Assembly: GCA_964016885.1 (NCBI GenBank)
Contig: OZ024741.1
Location: forward strand, 365,242,001 to 365,306,000
Length of the DNA: 64,000 bases
Direction: 5' to 3'
Source: Eledone cirrhosa
Lineage: Eukaryota
Made by a program: the position numbers and the translations under genes
In this document: positions 1-12,514 of the stretch, in pieces
Layout: each line of letters begins with the position of its first letter
Numbering within the stretch: position 1 is the stretch's first letter
The notes under the pieces: model-generated
The model's database searches: none
What the model was told of the DNA's origin: nothing
Seen by the model: the letters and a program-made list of their open reading frames with translations, nothing else

Positions 1-460
1 CCCACCAAGTTTACTTGGTGAGGAGGGCGATTTTGGACACCCTGCAGGACGAAAAACAAAACCTGACAAAGGGTGGAAGAACTCATAAGGGCCAACGGCC
101 ATCCAAAAGTGTGTAAATATGTATATACGCATGTACATATGTATGTATATGTGTATATACATAGGTGCATGTGTATGTATATGCGCGAGGACATAGAAAT
201 AGTCGGGCTGGACACCCGATCGCATGGTTAAACCACTGGGAGTGAAGGACCCCTAGCCATTGTCAAAGCATTCTTCTAGGAGAAGGCAACTCAGGAAACT
301 GGGATAACTCCAACATAAAAACTACGGCTCAGTAGTTACCGATGATGTTGATCTTTTCTTCTTTTCGGGTTATAACTACTGTCGCACGGAGAGTGGGATT
401 GGCTCAGTGCACAGTCTTTCCTCACTAAAAAAATATCTTCACACACAGGCATTGCACGAT
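1..460 (+). mobile_element. Interspersed repeat, probably RTE-LINE 5' UTR-derived (copy 1, cut by window edge)
   Basis: Aligns by eye with 690-1030 (cccaccaag...ggacaccctg...aacggccatccaaa...gggagtgaa...ttctagg). The ctaggagaaggcaactc motif resembles RTE 5' regions. Confidence 0.5.
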
Positions 461-617
461 ATAATTAATAAATAATAATTAATAATGGTATATCGTGCAA
501 TGGCCATACTCGATAACGAGGGGGAAGCCATCATGTATATATGTATGTATGCATGAATGTATGTATGCATGTATGTATGTATGCATGTATGTATGCATGT
601 ATGTATGTATGCTTATG

Positions 618-1030
618 TCAGGTCACTTTTGAGTGCTACTGGTAACATGTAACCCAGTACAACCTGTTTCATGGTCGGGTCATAGGCAACCCCACCAAGC
701 TTGTTGGTTGCCGACGATTGATATTTGGACACCCTGTGGGATGAAATACAAGACTCGGCAAAGGATGGAGGAACTCAGCAGAGTTAACGGCCATCCAAAT
801 AGTATTTAGTATTTTTTTTTTACCTGGGAGTGAAAGACCCCCAGTTGTTATGACAACACCTTTCTAGGAAAGGGAAACTCTGAAAAATAAACCTGTGGCT
901 TCGGAAGCATCCGGTGATGTTGACCAGTTCTCCTTTTCGGGTAATGTGTTCGATGCTCACAGTGTGGGATTGGTCGAGTGCATGGCCTTTCCCCACTTAT
1001 AAAACCTTCAAAGCACATGCATTGCTTGTT
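618..1030 (+). mobile_element. Same RTE-associated repeat (copy 2)
   Basis: Diverged direct copy of 1-460. Confidence 0.5.
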
Positions 1031-1395
1031 CAGCATATGTTACCGGTCTGTGTAGCTGGTCGTAGCCTAAAAGTGCACCATTTTCTCTAATCTGACAAGC
1101 GATTGCAATACTCTTAGCAGAGTTTGCAGCCATCATGTATGTATGTATACACGTGTGAGTGTGAAGGCGCATGGGGCGTTCAGTCTAAGCAACAGGACGT
1201 AGGCCGCCCCGAGTCAAATATTTCCAATTATATTTTTTATTTAGATGTCTCCGTGTTCCCAACTTGTTTTTACCATGATTCCTTTATGGCTGATATAACA
1301 ATCGTGCAGCATATTCTACAACTGTATTCTGCATTCTCGTGTTAATTAGAGCCTTGTGATTGGAATTTGACAGACTGAAACTGTACAGAAGCTTG

Positions 1396-1448
<53 letters not shown>

Positions 1449-1454
<6 letters not shown>

Positions 1455-1694
1455 GAGAAGAAAGAATACTGCGTGGTTGCACATGGGTTACATATGATAA
1501 AAACAGTCATTCGTCAGTGATTTTCCAACCTTCATTGGTATTTCATCGCTTTAAAAATCATATACCTCCGGTTGGTGCGAGCAATAGCTAAATAAAGCTA
1601 TCGGGACAAGTAAATCGCGTAAAGCGAGCGAGACAGTAAACAACAGGGAAGGATAGCAACGCAAAGATAGGAAAAAACAAGCAGCATGGGAATC

Positions 1695-1697
<3 letters not shown>
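1449..1697 (-). mobile_element. Non-coding repeat family A embedded in (TA)n
   Basis: Closely similar to 3150-3405 and 3680-3912, and to 42580-42730 in the opposite orientation. Both ends abut (TA)n. Confidence 0.75.
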
Positions 1698-1760
<63 letters not shown>

Positions 1761-1829
1761 GTATGTATATATATATATATGTATACATATATATTTATAT
1801 ATACTCTTTATATATATATATATATAAAC

Positions 1830-2105
1830 CATTGGAGTTAGAAGGCCAAACAATGCAGATATAGATATAGAATATAAATGCAAATGCAAAAGATATGGCT
1901 GATAATTAGTCTGTTACCTTAAATTTATTTGAATATCCTTAATTTTGGAAATAATCTCTCTTCTTCAGAGGGAAGAAAAGGGGTTAATCCAGTGTTCTAA
2001 TTAGCTTGCTAAGTCCTGCTGACAGGAAACGGTATAGAAATTCCATTCTATTTCTAATGTCAAAGAGTGGAGGTTAGGTGGATAAAGGGTTGTCTCCCTT
2101 TAAAA
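1830..2105 (-). mobile_element. Inverted PLE pseudo-LTR with decayed minimal hammerhead (1936-1973)
   Basis: Minus strand reads ccct CTGAAGA a gagagattatttcc AAAA t TA agga, then AATAAA. It adjoins a plus-strand PLE ORF fragment. Confidence 0.5.
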
Positions 2106-2109
2106 GGAT

Positions 2110-3075
2110 TTGGACAAATCACCAGGCCTCAAACGATCATTTAGCTACATACAAACATTCTGCCTAAGAAAACTCATACAACACCTTCACCGCACGCTAC
2201 AACACACACGGACAAGTTCCAGCCTAGTACCACAACTCGCTGAAACCCCAGAATCTCTGCTCAGAATAATTTCCGCCGCCGCTATAGACAGGTTATACCG
2301 CCATCGCCGAGATTACGGGAAAATACGCAGAAAGCAAAAATTCCTCAAACTCAGCACGGCTGACCGTCCTAACAATAACCCAAATCTAAGCACCAACAGA
2401 GGCGAACAAGACGGTACCAACATCAAACCTAGCGGCGTCCCGACCAACAACACACCTGACGCAAAACACCTCGTCACAGACTTGACAGGATCTCTCTCCC
2501 GAGATGAACTATACCTCCTCAGCCTGGGTCCCAAGTTCATATTGAAACAGAGACTAGACGACAAAATATGGCTCGACATAGAAACGAATTTCTGTCTAGC
2601 CGCCTACCAACTAAAATGGATATCGACCCTCGGCAACAACACCACGGAATCTAACACAACCAGATTCACGATATACCAACTGGACCGCCCAGTCCGTCCA
2701 CCACCTGCCAACCGCGAGCTGGAAGAAAAACTCTCGAGGCTAAAACATTCCGTATTTAACATCTTACGGAAACAGAAGATATAGCCCCAAACCTCTCCAG
2801 GACCCAACAACTCGCCCTGAAGAACCTACGGAATAAGGAACTCATATAATTACCATCCGACAAAGGTAAAGCGTTTTGTGTCATCTCTCAAGCCACATAC
2901 AACAACCTAGTCTTTGAACACTTAAGCGTCAACGAACTGTATACAGAGGTCCCGGACATAACTGCAGCCCAGATCGAAAAACAGGCCAACTCCATCTGGT
3001 TCGACATCTGTAGTAGAAGACATCTCCCAAATAAATTTAAGTTCAATTACACCACTAGAAATAGCAGACTGCCCT
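2110..3075 (+). pseudogene. PLE ORF N-terminal/RT-start fragment
   Basis: LSRDELYLLSLGPKF, then after a frameshift IILPSDKGKAFCVI; both are typical PLE pre-RT motifs. Confidence 0.75.
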
Positions 3076-3149
3076 GTATACAGTTCGTGTCTAGAAGTCG
3101 AAACGGCCGTTATATATATATATATATACATACATATATATATATATAT

Positions 3150-3909
3150 AAAACATGAGAAGAAAGAGGAATACTGCATGGTTGCACATGGGTTACATAT
3201 GATAGAATTAGTCCCTCGTCAGTGATTAGCCAACCATCATTGGTATTTCATCGCATTAAAAATCATATACCTCCGGTTGCTGCGAGCAATAACTAAAAAA
3301 AGCTATTGGGACAAGTGAATCGCGTAAAGCGAGTGAGACAAGTAAACAACATAGAAGGATGAAAGCAAACCGAAGATAGGAAAAAAACAAGCAGCATGGT
3401 TATCCGGTCAGCATAAGCTGGGTGGATTTCATGAGCGATCAAGATACAAACCGTCCGACGTGAGTGAGATATGAGCAAGAAATGACCCCACTACTAGCCA
3501 AACGGGAGGAAGTGAGAAGGGGAGAAACAGAGAGTGAGTGAGTGGAAGTGCGAGGAAGAGGTCAGTCGAGAGAAAGTGTAACTGACAGAGGGGGCGAAAG
3601 AAGGTGAGAGAAACAGAGAGAACGGGGGAGCAGTAAGAGAGAAACAGACAAACGCAGCCGAGGTAAAAATGTATAAAAAACATGAGAAGAAAGAGGAATA
3701 CTGCGTGGTTGCACATGAGTTACATATGATAAAATTAGTCCATCGTCAGTGATTTGCCAACCATCATTGGTATTTCATCACATTAAAAATCATATACCTC
3801 AGGTTGGTGCGAGCAATAACTAAAAAAAGCTATTGGGACAAGCGAATCGCGTAAAGCGAGTGAGACAAGTAAACAACATAGAAGGATAAAAGCAAAGCGA
3901 AGATAGGAA

Positions 3910-3912
<3 letters not shown>
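3150..3912 (-). mobile_element. Family A partial tandem (about 1.4 copies of a ~530-nt unit)
   Basis: aaacatgagaagaaagaggaatactgc occurs at ~3151 and ~3678. Flanked by (TA)n. Confidence 0.75.
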
Positions 3913-3958
<46 letters not shown>

Positions 3959-4344
3959 TCATATATATGGGTGTATCTATTTCAATTTATCTATCTATCT
4001 GGCGAGCTATCTATATCTGAATTTATACACGAACAGGCTTGTATATATACACACACATAAATACATATTCACACCTATATAATTCCTTATGGCTTTATCA
4101 CACGATCTATACTTTTTTCAGTCGCCATACATTTCATTTCCATCTGGACATAAACCCAATTTAAATTAGTCTTTCTGTTTTTTGCTCTCAATCCCAGTCG
4201 TTTGCAATAAGTATATAGAAACCTACATACACACACACAAATACACAAACTTCACAAGAACTGATACACAGACGCATTTCACAAACATATATGGGTGATA
4301 TATCAATACATATATGCTTTTTATCTTAATATATATATATATAT

Positions 4345-4717
4345 ACATAAGAAACGGAGAATCAGTGGTGCGACGAATAAGATTTATTAGACATATTACA
4401 ATCGTTTCTCTGGCAACCAGCTCGAGACAAGATCGATGCAATGATCAAACCTGACTCTGAAATCGCAAGGTCCTTAGATATGTCTCGTAGAATCGAGACA
4501 TATCTGAGGACCTTACGATTTCAGAGTCAGCTTTGATCATTGCATCGATCGTGCATCGAGCTAGTCGCCAGAGAAACGATTGTAATATGTCTAATAAATC
4601 TTATTCGTCGCACCACTGATTCTCCGTTTCTTATGTGATATCATACTCTGGTCTGTAAGAGCATCGAGTGCTCAAACGGCATACCGCTTACGAACGCTTT
4701 AAGCATCCCACACAAAT
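4345..4717 (+). mobile_element. Foldback pLTR family D (143-bp inverted arms plus tail)
   Basis: 4345-4487 is the reverse complement of 4494-4636, followed by a unique tail. Relatives at 17808-17930 and 45612-45750. Confidence 0.85.
4496..4592 (+). ncRNA. Type I hammerhead ribozyme with long stem II
   Basis: agacatat CTGAGGA [stem II] GAAA cgattg TA atatgtct, then AATAAA; 8-bp stem I. Confidence 0.7.
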
Positions 4718-4740
4718 TATATATATATATACATATATAT

Positions 4741-4985
4741 AATTCGTTTGTTTAAATTCATATGATTCCAGTTCCACAGTGAAATAACAACCCAACCAGG
4801 AACTGGGAATATCAGGGTATGGACAAAGTTAAACACCTCAACAATATGTGTACTCGTCTCTACCACACTAATTCGGACTGCCTGAAGAGGTCACAGCCAA
4901 AGATGGCTGCCACCGAAATATGTATAGCAGTAATAAACGAAGCCAAATTTTAAACATTTGGCTTATTTATTTTATTTTATTTTAT
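4741..4985 (+). mobile_element. Solo pLTR family B (the pLTR of the PLE at 8582-12660)
   Basis: Near-identical to 12325-12565. Confidence 0.85.
4877..4931 (+). ncRNA. Type I hammerhead ribozyme
   Basis: actgc CTGAAGA ggtcacagcc-aaagat-ggctgccacc GAAA tatgta TA gcagt, then AATAAA. Confidence 0.85.
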
Positions 4986-5021
4986 ATATATATATATATA
5001 TATATAGTAAAAAGTACGACA

Positions 5022-5191
5022 CCGACGGCAGAGCTCAACCCGTTTCGACGGCTATTTCCAGAAATAGCCGTCGAAGCGACTTGAGCTCTGCCGTCGGGTT
5101 CATACTTTTTCCTATTTCCAACTCTACTACCCTAAGTATTGAGTACTCTGGTGCGTTACGGTCCATCTGGTTCCTTACCACGTCTCCTTCC

Positions 5192-5193
<2 letters not shown>
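5022..5193 (+). mobile_element. Foldback repeat family C
   Basis: Hairpin ccgacggcagagctcaa...ttgagctctgccgtcgg plus tail. Other copies at 8242-8486, 16140-16280, 35465-35608, 43755-43870 and 45758-45805. Confidence 0.8.
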
Positions 5194-5228
<35 letters not shown>

Positions 5229-6267
5229 TATTATATACATATATATACATATATATACATATAAACATATATATACATATACATACATATATATATATAT
5301 ATATGTACGATGGAAAGCTTTCCATTTCGATAAAGGACGCGCCAGTCACTCGTCTGAATCATATGGTTTTAAATCATGTATAAACCCACCTACAAACCCT
5401 CATCTCGATGCTTTCGAACAAGATTTAATTAAAACGACCATGAACATTAAGTTCAACAAACATAGAAATAATGAGCTGCTGAGCAACATGAAAGCACTAC
5501 TCCGAAGATTGCAAAATAGCAATGGAATTGTTGTGAAAGCTGACAAGACCTCTAACGTGTATACCATGGATATCGATACGTACAATAACTTCATACGCAA
5601 CGAACTACACAAAAAATATAGAAAAACAAATGAAACTACGCTAGCAAATATTAACAACGAGGCATATAAAGTGGTGAAGAATCTCAAGATAGACGTTAGA
5701 ACCGAGCCGATTATACCCGCTACCACAAATTCAACCTGAAGGACCATAAGGTAAATTTTGACTCTAACCCTAAGATTAGACTTATATGCTCTTCTAAATC
5801 AGACATAGGAAACATTAGCAAATATATACATGACAGAGTAATAACTCAAGTGAAAAAGAAAATTGAAATTAAATTATGGGGCAACACTAGCGAAGCAATT
5901 CGTTGGTTTAATAACGTTAAGAATAAGAATAAATCTAAGTTTATACAATTTGACATATACACGAATACTACTCTTCCATCTCACCAAGCACTTTACGTAA
6001 GGCCCTATCGTTTGCTAAGGTCAATTCCGACCTAACGGAGGACGAAATTAATATTATTCTCGAGGCTAGAAAAACCATTATTAAGTTTGATAACTGCTAC
6101 TGGGAACGTAAGGACAGACCCACAAATTTCGACATTACCATGGGTTCCAACGACTCAGCGGAGGTCACGGATCTCGTGGGAATTTACATAGCCCACATAT
6201 TACATAGTAAATTTAGTAATCTACAGGGGGGATATACAGAGATGACGGGCTCTTATTAGTTAATAAC

Positions 6268-7530
6268 TTGAATAACCAAAATCTTGAAAGGCTACGGAAA
6301 AATATTAGAAAATCTTTTAGTGAACTGGGTCTAAAAATAACATACGAATACAATCTTAAAGTAGTAAACTTTCTGGACGTAACTCTTAATTTAAATACCG
6401 GACAGATACGACCCTTCCACAAGATGAATGAGAACATTACGTATATTAACTTTAACTCAAACCACCCACTCTCCATGATCAAATCAGTTCCCCGGAGTAT
6501 TTCTCTTAGTATCTCTCGCCTATCGTCTAACTCTGATATTTTTAGTGAAGACGCTGAATACTACAATAATGCATTAAGGAATGCCGACCACTGGGATACA
6601 ACAGAATACATTGATAGGAATTTCCATAACACACATAGCTCTACACGAAATCAAGGAATACGTAACCGGGGGACTAAAATACAAGCGAGCACACACAGTA
6701 CTACCAGACATACTAATAATAATAGAAAATCACCACCAAATGAATCACGTTGTAGAAAGTATATCTGGTACAATCCTATTTTTAATGCCTCGATTAGTAC
6801 AAAACTATCTCTTTCATTATTTAAGTTAATCAACAAACATTTCCCTAGTTCCCATAAATACAGCAAAATTCTGAACTCTAAAACTATTAGACTATCATAC
6901 TCCACGGCACCAAACCTTGAAGCATACATAAAAAAACTTAACTTAAGGCAATTAAACAACTCTACAAAACAAAACATTTTAGTAACAGATGGGCAGAACG
7001 TAATATCTGCCTCCCAACCAGTAAATGGGAGACGGGTATTACACAATCCACCTGTATCGCTATCACAACCCATCCATGGTATACCCGCTACCCACAACAA
7101 AGAATGTAACTGCCATCTACCTGAAAGATGTCCATTGAAGAATGAATGCCTAAAGTCCAACATTGTTTACCAATGCACGGTTGAATCGAACGACCAGAAA
7201 TGGTATTATATCGGATCTACCACCACCTCGTTTAAATCTCGCTGGTACCGTCATCGATTCTCAATCAAATATCCTAATCACCGTTTTGTGACCACGCTCG
7301 CCAACAAGACCTGGCAACTCCGTGAACGCAACCAACTGTTCACCTTAAAATGGGATATACTTTCCAGCGCAAGTGCATATCGGAGTGGATTGAAGTACTG
7401 CAGGTTATGTAAGCTTGAACTGTTTTACATATTAAAATCCCAAAACAAACTACTTAACGAAAGAATTGAACGATCATTATACTGCAACCACAAACTAAAA
7501 GCTAAATTCTCTCACTATAAAATAACTTAA
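6268..7530 (+). pseudogene. Open C-terminal part of the PLE ORF: RT thumb plus GIY-YIG endonuclease
   Basis: 420-aa ORF with CNCHLPERCPLKNECLKSNIVYQC...YYIGSTTTSFKSRWYRH...CRLC...CNH. The upstream RT is broken by frameshifts. Confidence 0.9.
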
Positions 7531-8022
7531 CATTCGAACCCGTAACTATAACATCGCTTTCTAGCTAACCACCTTCTCTTCCCCCATACTACAAGACAAT
7601 ACACTGCTTATCACTATAAATGGTAACTCAGTACAAATCGTAGATTACTACTACAAACCCAAAGTTCACTCACCACATAAACTTCGTCTGTCCCCTCTCT
7701 ACCTCTCTCTCTACATCCATTACACTCTCTCTCTCTCGCCTTTGGCCTACCTCCCTCTCCACATCTATGAACCTGCCCTCTGGGGCAATAAATAATTCTG
7801 ACCTCAACTATCAACGCATCTCTCCAAACGTAACCAGTATAATAAAACCCCTACCATAACATTTTGATTAAGATATCTACAAACCACACTCTCCTACTTC
7901 TCCAACCCCTGCATATCTTTCTCTCTCTCTCTCCCTCTCCCCTACTTTTCTCTCTTCCTTTTCCATTCTATCTTCCCCAACAACCCCACTTAAGGGTATT
8001 TACATTGTACATTTTACCATTC

Positions 8023-8134
8023 TGCTCTGAGGATACAGTGGTCACAGCATTGGATATTTGAGTTCTGCAAATACTTGTAAATTTGCACATAGCATAACTA
8101 GGCTGTAGTACCACCGTGGAAACATTTGTAAGCA
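8023..8134 (+). ncRNA. Type I hammerhead ribozyme with ~85-nt stem II domain
   Basis: tgct CTGAGGA tacagtggt...accaccgtg GAAA catttg TA agca, with AATAAA at 8140. Confidence 0.75.
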
Positions 8135-8180
8135 CACAGAATAAATCACCTTTTATGATGTCTACCTGTTATTATTCATT

Positions 8181-8241
<61 letters not shown>

Positions 8242-8242
<1 letters not shown>

Positions 8243-8481
8243 CAAAGGAATTGTGGTAAGAAACCAAATGGACCATAACGCACCAGAGTACTCAATACTT
8301 AGGGTAGTAGAGTGGGAAATAGGAAAAAGTATGAACTCGACGGCAGAGCTCAAGCCGCTTCGACGGCTATTTCTGGACTAGTCCAGAAATATGACCCCGA
8401 CGGCAGAGCTGAAGCCGTTTCGACTAGTCCAGAAATAGCCGTCGAAACAGGTTGAGCTCTGCCGTCGGGATCATACCTTTT

Positions 8482-8486
<5 letters not shown>
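8242..8486 (-). mobile_element. Family C copy with internal duplication and inversion
   Basis: Reverse complement of the 5060-5190 sequence; contains the palindrome tatttctggactagtccagaaata. Confidence 0.8.
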
Positions 8487-8560
<74 letters not shown>

Positions 8561-9589
8561 ATATATATATATATATATATATAAAATAAAATAAAATAAA
8601 TAAGTCAAATGTTTAAAATTTGGCTTCGTTTATTACTGCTATACATATTTCGGTGACAGCCATGATGTTGAGGTGTTTAATTTTGTCAATACTCTGATAT
8701 GCCCAGTTCCTGGTTGGGTTGTTATTTCACTGAGGACCTGGAATTATATGAATTTAAACAAACAAATTTCAGCGTCAAAGGACATTTTCTCCTCCCATTG
8801 GTCAGTTGTGGGAACATTCCTCAGTAAAAAGTCTATAGAAATTCGTTCTGAGGCGAAGCAATCTGTAGTGCTTGTTCTTGTTATTGTTAAGCATATCTGA
8901 CCTCTACTCTTATGTTGGTAGTGGTGTTGGTGTTGGTGTCAGCTCACAAAAATGATAAAGTGGTAGAAGGAATAAGATGGTAAAGGAACAAAATAAAATA
9001 AGATAATCAAATAAAATGTGTGTGTGTTATACCCAATCTCAATGTTAGAAAGATGTGTAAGGTCACTCCTCCCATTGGTCAGTTGTGAGAGCATTCCTCA
9101 ATCAAAAGTCTATAGAATTTCTTTCTGGGGTGAGGCTCCCTGTAGTGTTTGTTTTTGCTATTGTTAAGTACATCTGACCTCTACCCTTATATTGGTAGTG
9201 GTGTTGGTGCTGTGGTCAGCCTAGGTATTGCTGCTGCTGACCTTTAGGAGTATCTGTGTTTGTTTCTTCATCCATCCTGCCACTATTTCTCGCGGTGGTG
9301 GTGGTGGGGTGGAGGGCTGTGCCATGCATATGAAGAAATAAAAGGCAATAAAGTGAAGAAAACAGAAAACAAATGAAAAATTAAAAAATGAAGATTCAAG
9401 TAAAATAAAATGTGTGTGTGTTATAAAAATGTTGGCCAGATTAGAAAGGCTGTGTCAGAATCAATCTCTAGGCTATCATGGTGTCTGCTCAGCCTGGGTG
9501 GGTCTCTATGGCTTGAGGGAAGTTCCCAACCTATGGTGTTGTTACTGCCCAAACTAGACTACAGCAGTGGTCATGCACGGGAGAGGTAA

Positions 9590-11475
9590 TAGAATGGTTT
9601 AAGATACTAAATGAGAAAAGTAAGACCAGCTTTATCCAACTGGATATTGCGGGCTACTACTCCCCAATCTCACCCATAGTACTCATCCACGCCGCAAGAA
9701 AGACCTTAATCCGTTTCGATGGGGACCTTTGGACCAGGAGTGATTGGCCAAATAACTTTGACATCACGATGGGCTCCAGCGACTCAGCACAGGTAACGGA
9801 CCTGATTAAGCTCTTCCTGCTGAAGCAGATAAAAGATGAAATCCCTTGCCTGGGCCGCGGATTATATCGTGACGATGCTCTCTTCACAGTATATGACCAC
9901 AGCACCACTATGTTGGAGGGAATGAAGGGGCGTATTCGCCATTTCTTTAAGGACCAAGGGCTCAGTATCGAACTAGACCCAAATAGAAAGGTAGTTAACT
10001 TCCTAGACACCACCCTAAACCTGAACACTGAGCAATATTACCCCTACCACAAGCCCAACGAGAGAAACTTGTGCATGTTAACGCCAAGTCAAATCACCCT
10101 ACATCCATAACAAAGGCCGTGGTGAAGTGTGTCTCGGACAGGATCTCCAGCCTGTCCGCAAATAAGGAAATCTTCGATAACAACGCGGAATATTACAACG
10201 CAGTTCTAAATAAGGTGGCACATGGCCAAATTATAACATATAGTCCGAGGCGCCGGGATGGGGATGGCCCAACAGACACCCACACCCGCGTTGTCCGGGA
10301 AGGGGCGAACCCTAACAATACAGGCAGAACAAAAACAAATAAACACCATGAGCCCGACACCACCACACGGGCGATGGTGACGAGGACGCTTAACCATGAG
10401 AAGAAACCCAATATGAGTATCAGTCTCAGGGGTGAAGCTAACCATGCCGGGCCCGACGACCCCAACCGCAGGACACGTGGGCGGGGTGGGTAACGGTGGA
10501 CCACCCCACGGTGGATCTCCCAGCGCGGGCAACAACCACCCCACAGATTAGGGCCGTGAAGATAGCAAAAGGCATAGCGCCCAAAAGGGAAGCAACAATA
10601 CGGGAACCGACAGTAACCCAACAACTCTCCAACAACTCACGACGCCCCAACCCACCCATATAGGAGTAGACGCAGAAAAATCACGTGGTACAACCCACCC
10701 TACTCAGTGGTCCTAAAGAACAGCTTTGTCCGATCATTCTTTGGAGCACTTCATAAATGCTTCCCGAGGGACCGTAGATACCACAAGATCTTCAACAGAC
10801 ACACTGTGACGTTCTCGTATTCCACCACGATAAATCTGGCCCACCACATAGCTAGCATCAACAGGAGTAGGCTTAAAAACCACACACAACCAGAAGATGG
10901 CAATATAAGCACCCAGCAGAACCATGTGGAAGGAGAGAAGGGGGGACCCAGTGCCCACCCAAGAAACTCAATCAGACCCGGGGACCCCCCACCGTGCTCG
11001 GGGGAAGACCACCATGTAACACGTAACGGGAACCCCACACTAGGCACGCAGAGGTCGACCACCCTCTGCAACCCCGAATGAATGCCTTAAGAAGAACCTA
11101 ATGTACGGATGTAGGGTTAAAACCCCAACTCCGAACACCTCTACATAGGAGCCACATCAACGAGCTTTAAAGACCGTTGGTATAACCACCGCCATTCCTT
11201 CAATAAGGAGGCCAAAAGGAAAAGTACGGCGCTTTCCGACCTGATCTTGTAGCTTAACCTGGACAGGACCCCGTACTCTCTGGCCTGGTCCATAATCAAG
11301 AAAGTACGACCCAATAAAGGGGGATCTGGCATATGCAAACTATGTCTGAACGAGACCCTCGAGATACTAAGAGGTGGAAGCCGCCTGATAAACATCATAA
11401 CCGACTTCTTCGGGTCATGCAGACACCTCCTGGGCCGGGAGATTCCTCAAACTATATGGACAGTAACAACACACT
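9590..11475 (+). pseudogene. PLE RT plus GIY-YIG, frameshifted
   Basis: FIQLDI, MGSSDSAQV, GLYRDDAL, VVNFLDTTL, WYNPPYS, NECLKKNLMYGC, YIGATSTSFKDRWYNH, CKLC and CRH, spread across frames. Confidence 0.9.
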
Positions 11476-12459
11476 GATATGTGAACTCCCCTCAAACTAT
11501 AGGGACTTCTCCAGAACATGTAGACACCTCTTGGCCGGGCCTCGCTCAAGCTATATGGGCAGTAACAACACCATAGGTTGGGAACTCCCCTCAAGCCATA
11601 GGGACCCACCCAGGCTCAGCAGATACCATCATAGCCTAGAGATTGATTCTGACACAGCCTTTCTAATTTGGCCAACATCTTTATAACACACACATTTTAT
11701 TTTACTTGAATCTTCATTTTTTTAATTTTTCATTTGTTTTCTGTTTTCTTCACTTTATTGCCTTCTATTTCTTCATATGCATGGCACAGCCCCCCACCCC
11801 ACCACCACCATCGCGAGAAATGGTGGTAGGATGGATGAAGAAACACACACAGATACTTCTACACGTCAGCAGAAGCAAGACCTAGGAAACACCACTACCA
11901 AAATAAGGGTAGAGGTCAGATGTACTTAACAATAGCAAAAACAAACACTACAGGTAGCCTCATCCCAGAAAGAATTTCTATAGACTTTTGACTGAGGAAT
12001 GCTCTCACAACTGACCAACGAGAGGAGTGACCTTACAAATCTTTCTAACATTGAGATTGGGTATAACACACACATATTTTATTTGATTATCTTATTTTAT
12101 TTTGTTCCTTTACCATCTTATTCCTTCTACCACTTTATCATTTTTGTGAGCTGACTCCAACACCAACACCACTACCAACATAAGAGTAGAGGTCAGATGG
12201 ACTTAACAATAACAAGAACAACCACTACAGATTGCTTCGCCTCCTAACGAATTTCTACAGACTTTTGACTGAGGAATGTTCCCACAACTGACCAATGGGA
12301 GGAGAAGATGTCCTTTGACGATGAAATTCGTTTGTTTAAATTCATATGATTCCAGTTCCTCAGTGAAATAACAACCCAACCAGGAACTGGGCATATCAGA
12401 GTATTGAAAATTTAAACACCTCAACAACATGTGTACTCGTCTCTACCACACTAATTCGG

Positions 12460-12514
12460 ACTGCCTGAAGAGGTCACAGCCAAAGATGGCTGTCACCGAA
12501 ATATATATAGCAGT
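12460..12514 (+). ncRNA. Type I hammerhead ribozyme in the 3' pLTR
   Basis: actgc CTGAAGA ggtcacagcc...ggctgtcacc GAAA tatata TA gcagt, then AATAAA. Confidence 0.85.

Larger units (their letters stand above)
5305..8183 (+). mobile_element. Penelope-like element, Naiad-type, 5'-truncated, with 3' pLTR
   Basis: Frameshifted RT (VKADKT, FIQFDI, MGSNDSAEV, GIYRDDGL, VVNFLDVTL), then WYNP, CxCx5C, IVY..YIG, CxxC and CxH. A pyrimidine-rich 3' region carries an HHR and AATAAA. Flanked by (TA)n. Confidence 0.9.

Noticed and set aside
10193-11071. Antisense ORFs over the second PLE
   Set aside because: Shadow frames of GC-rich coding sequence with no recognisable motifs.
7100-11100. Selenocysteine (UGA) recoding as reported for some Naiad PLEs
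   Set aside because: The conserved Cys codons I could read are TGT/TGC. The TGA at 11079-11081 results from a frameshifting deletion in the Cys linker.
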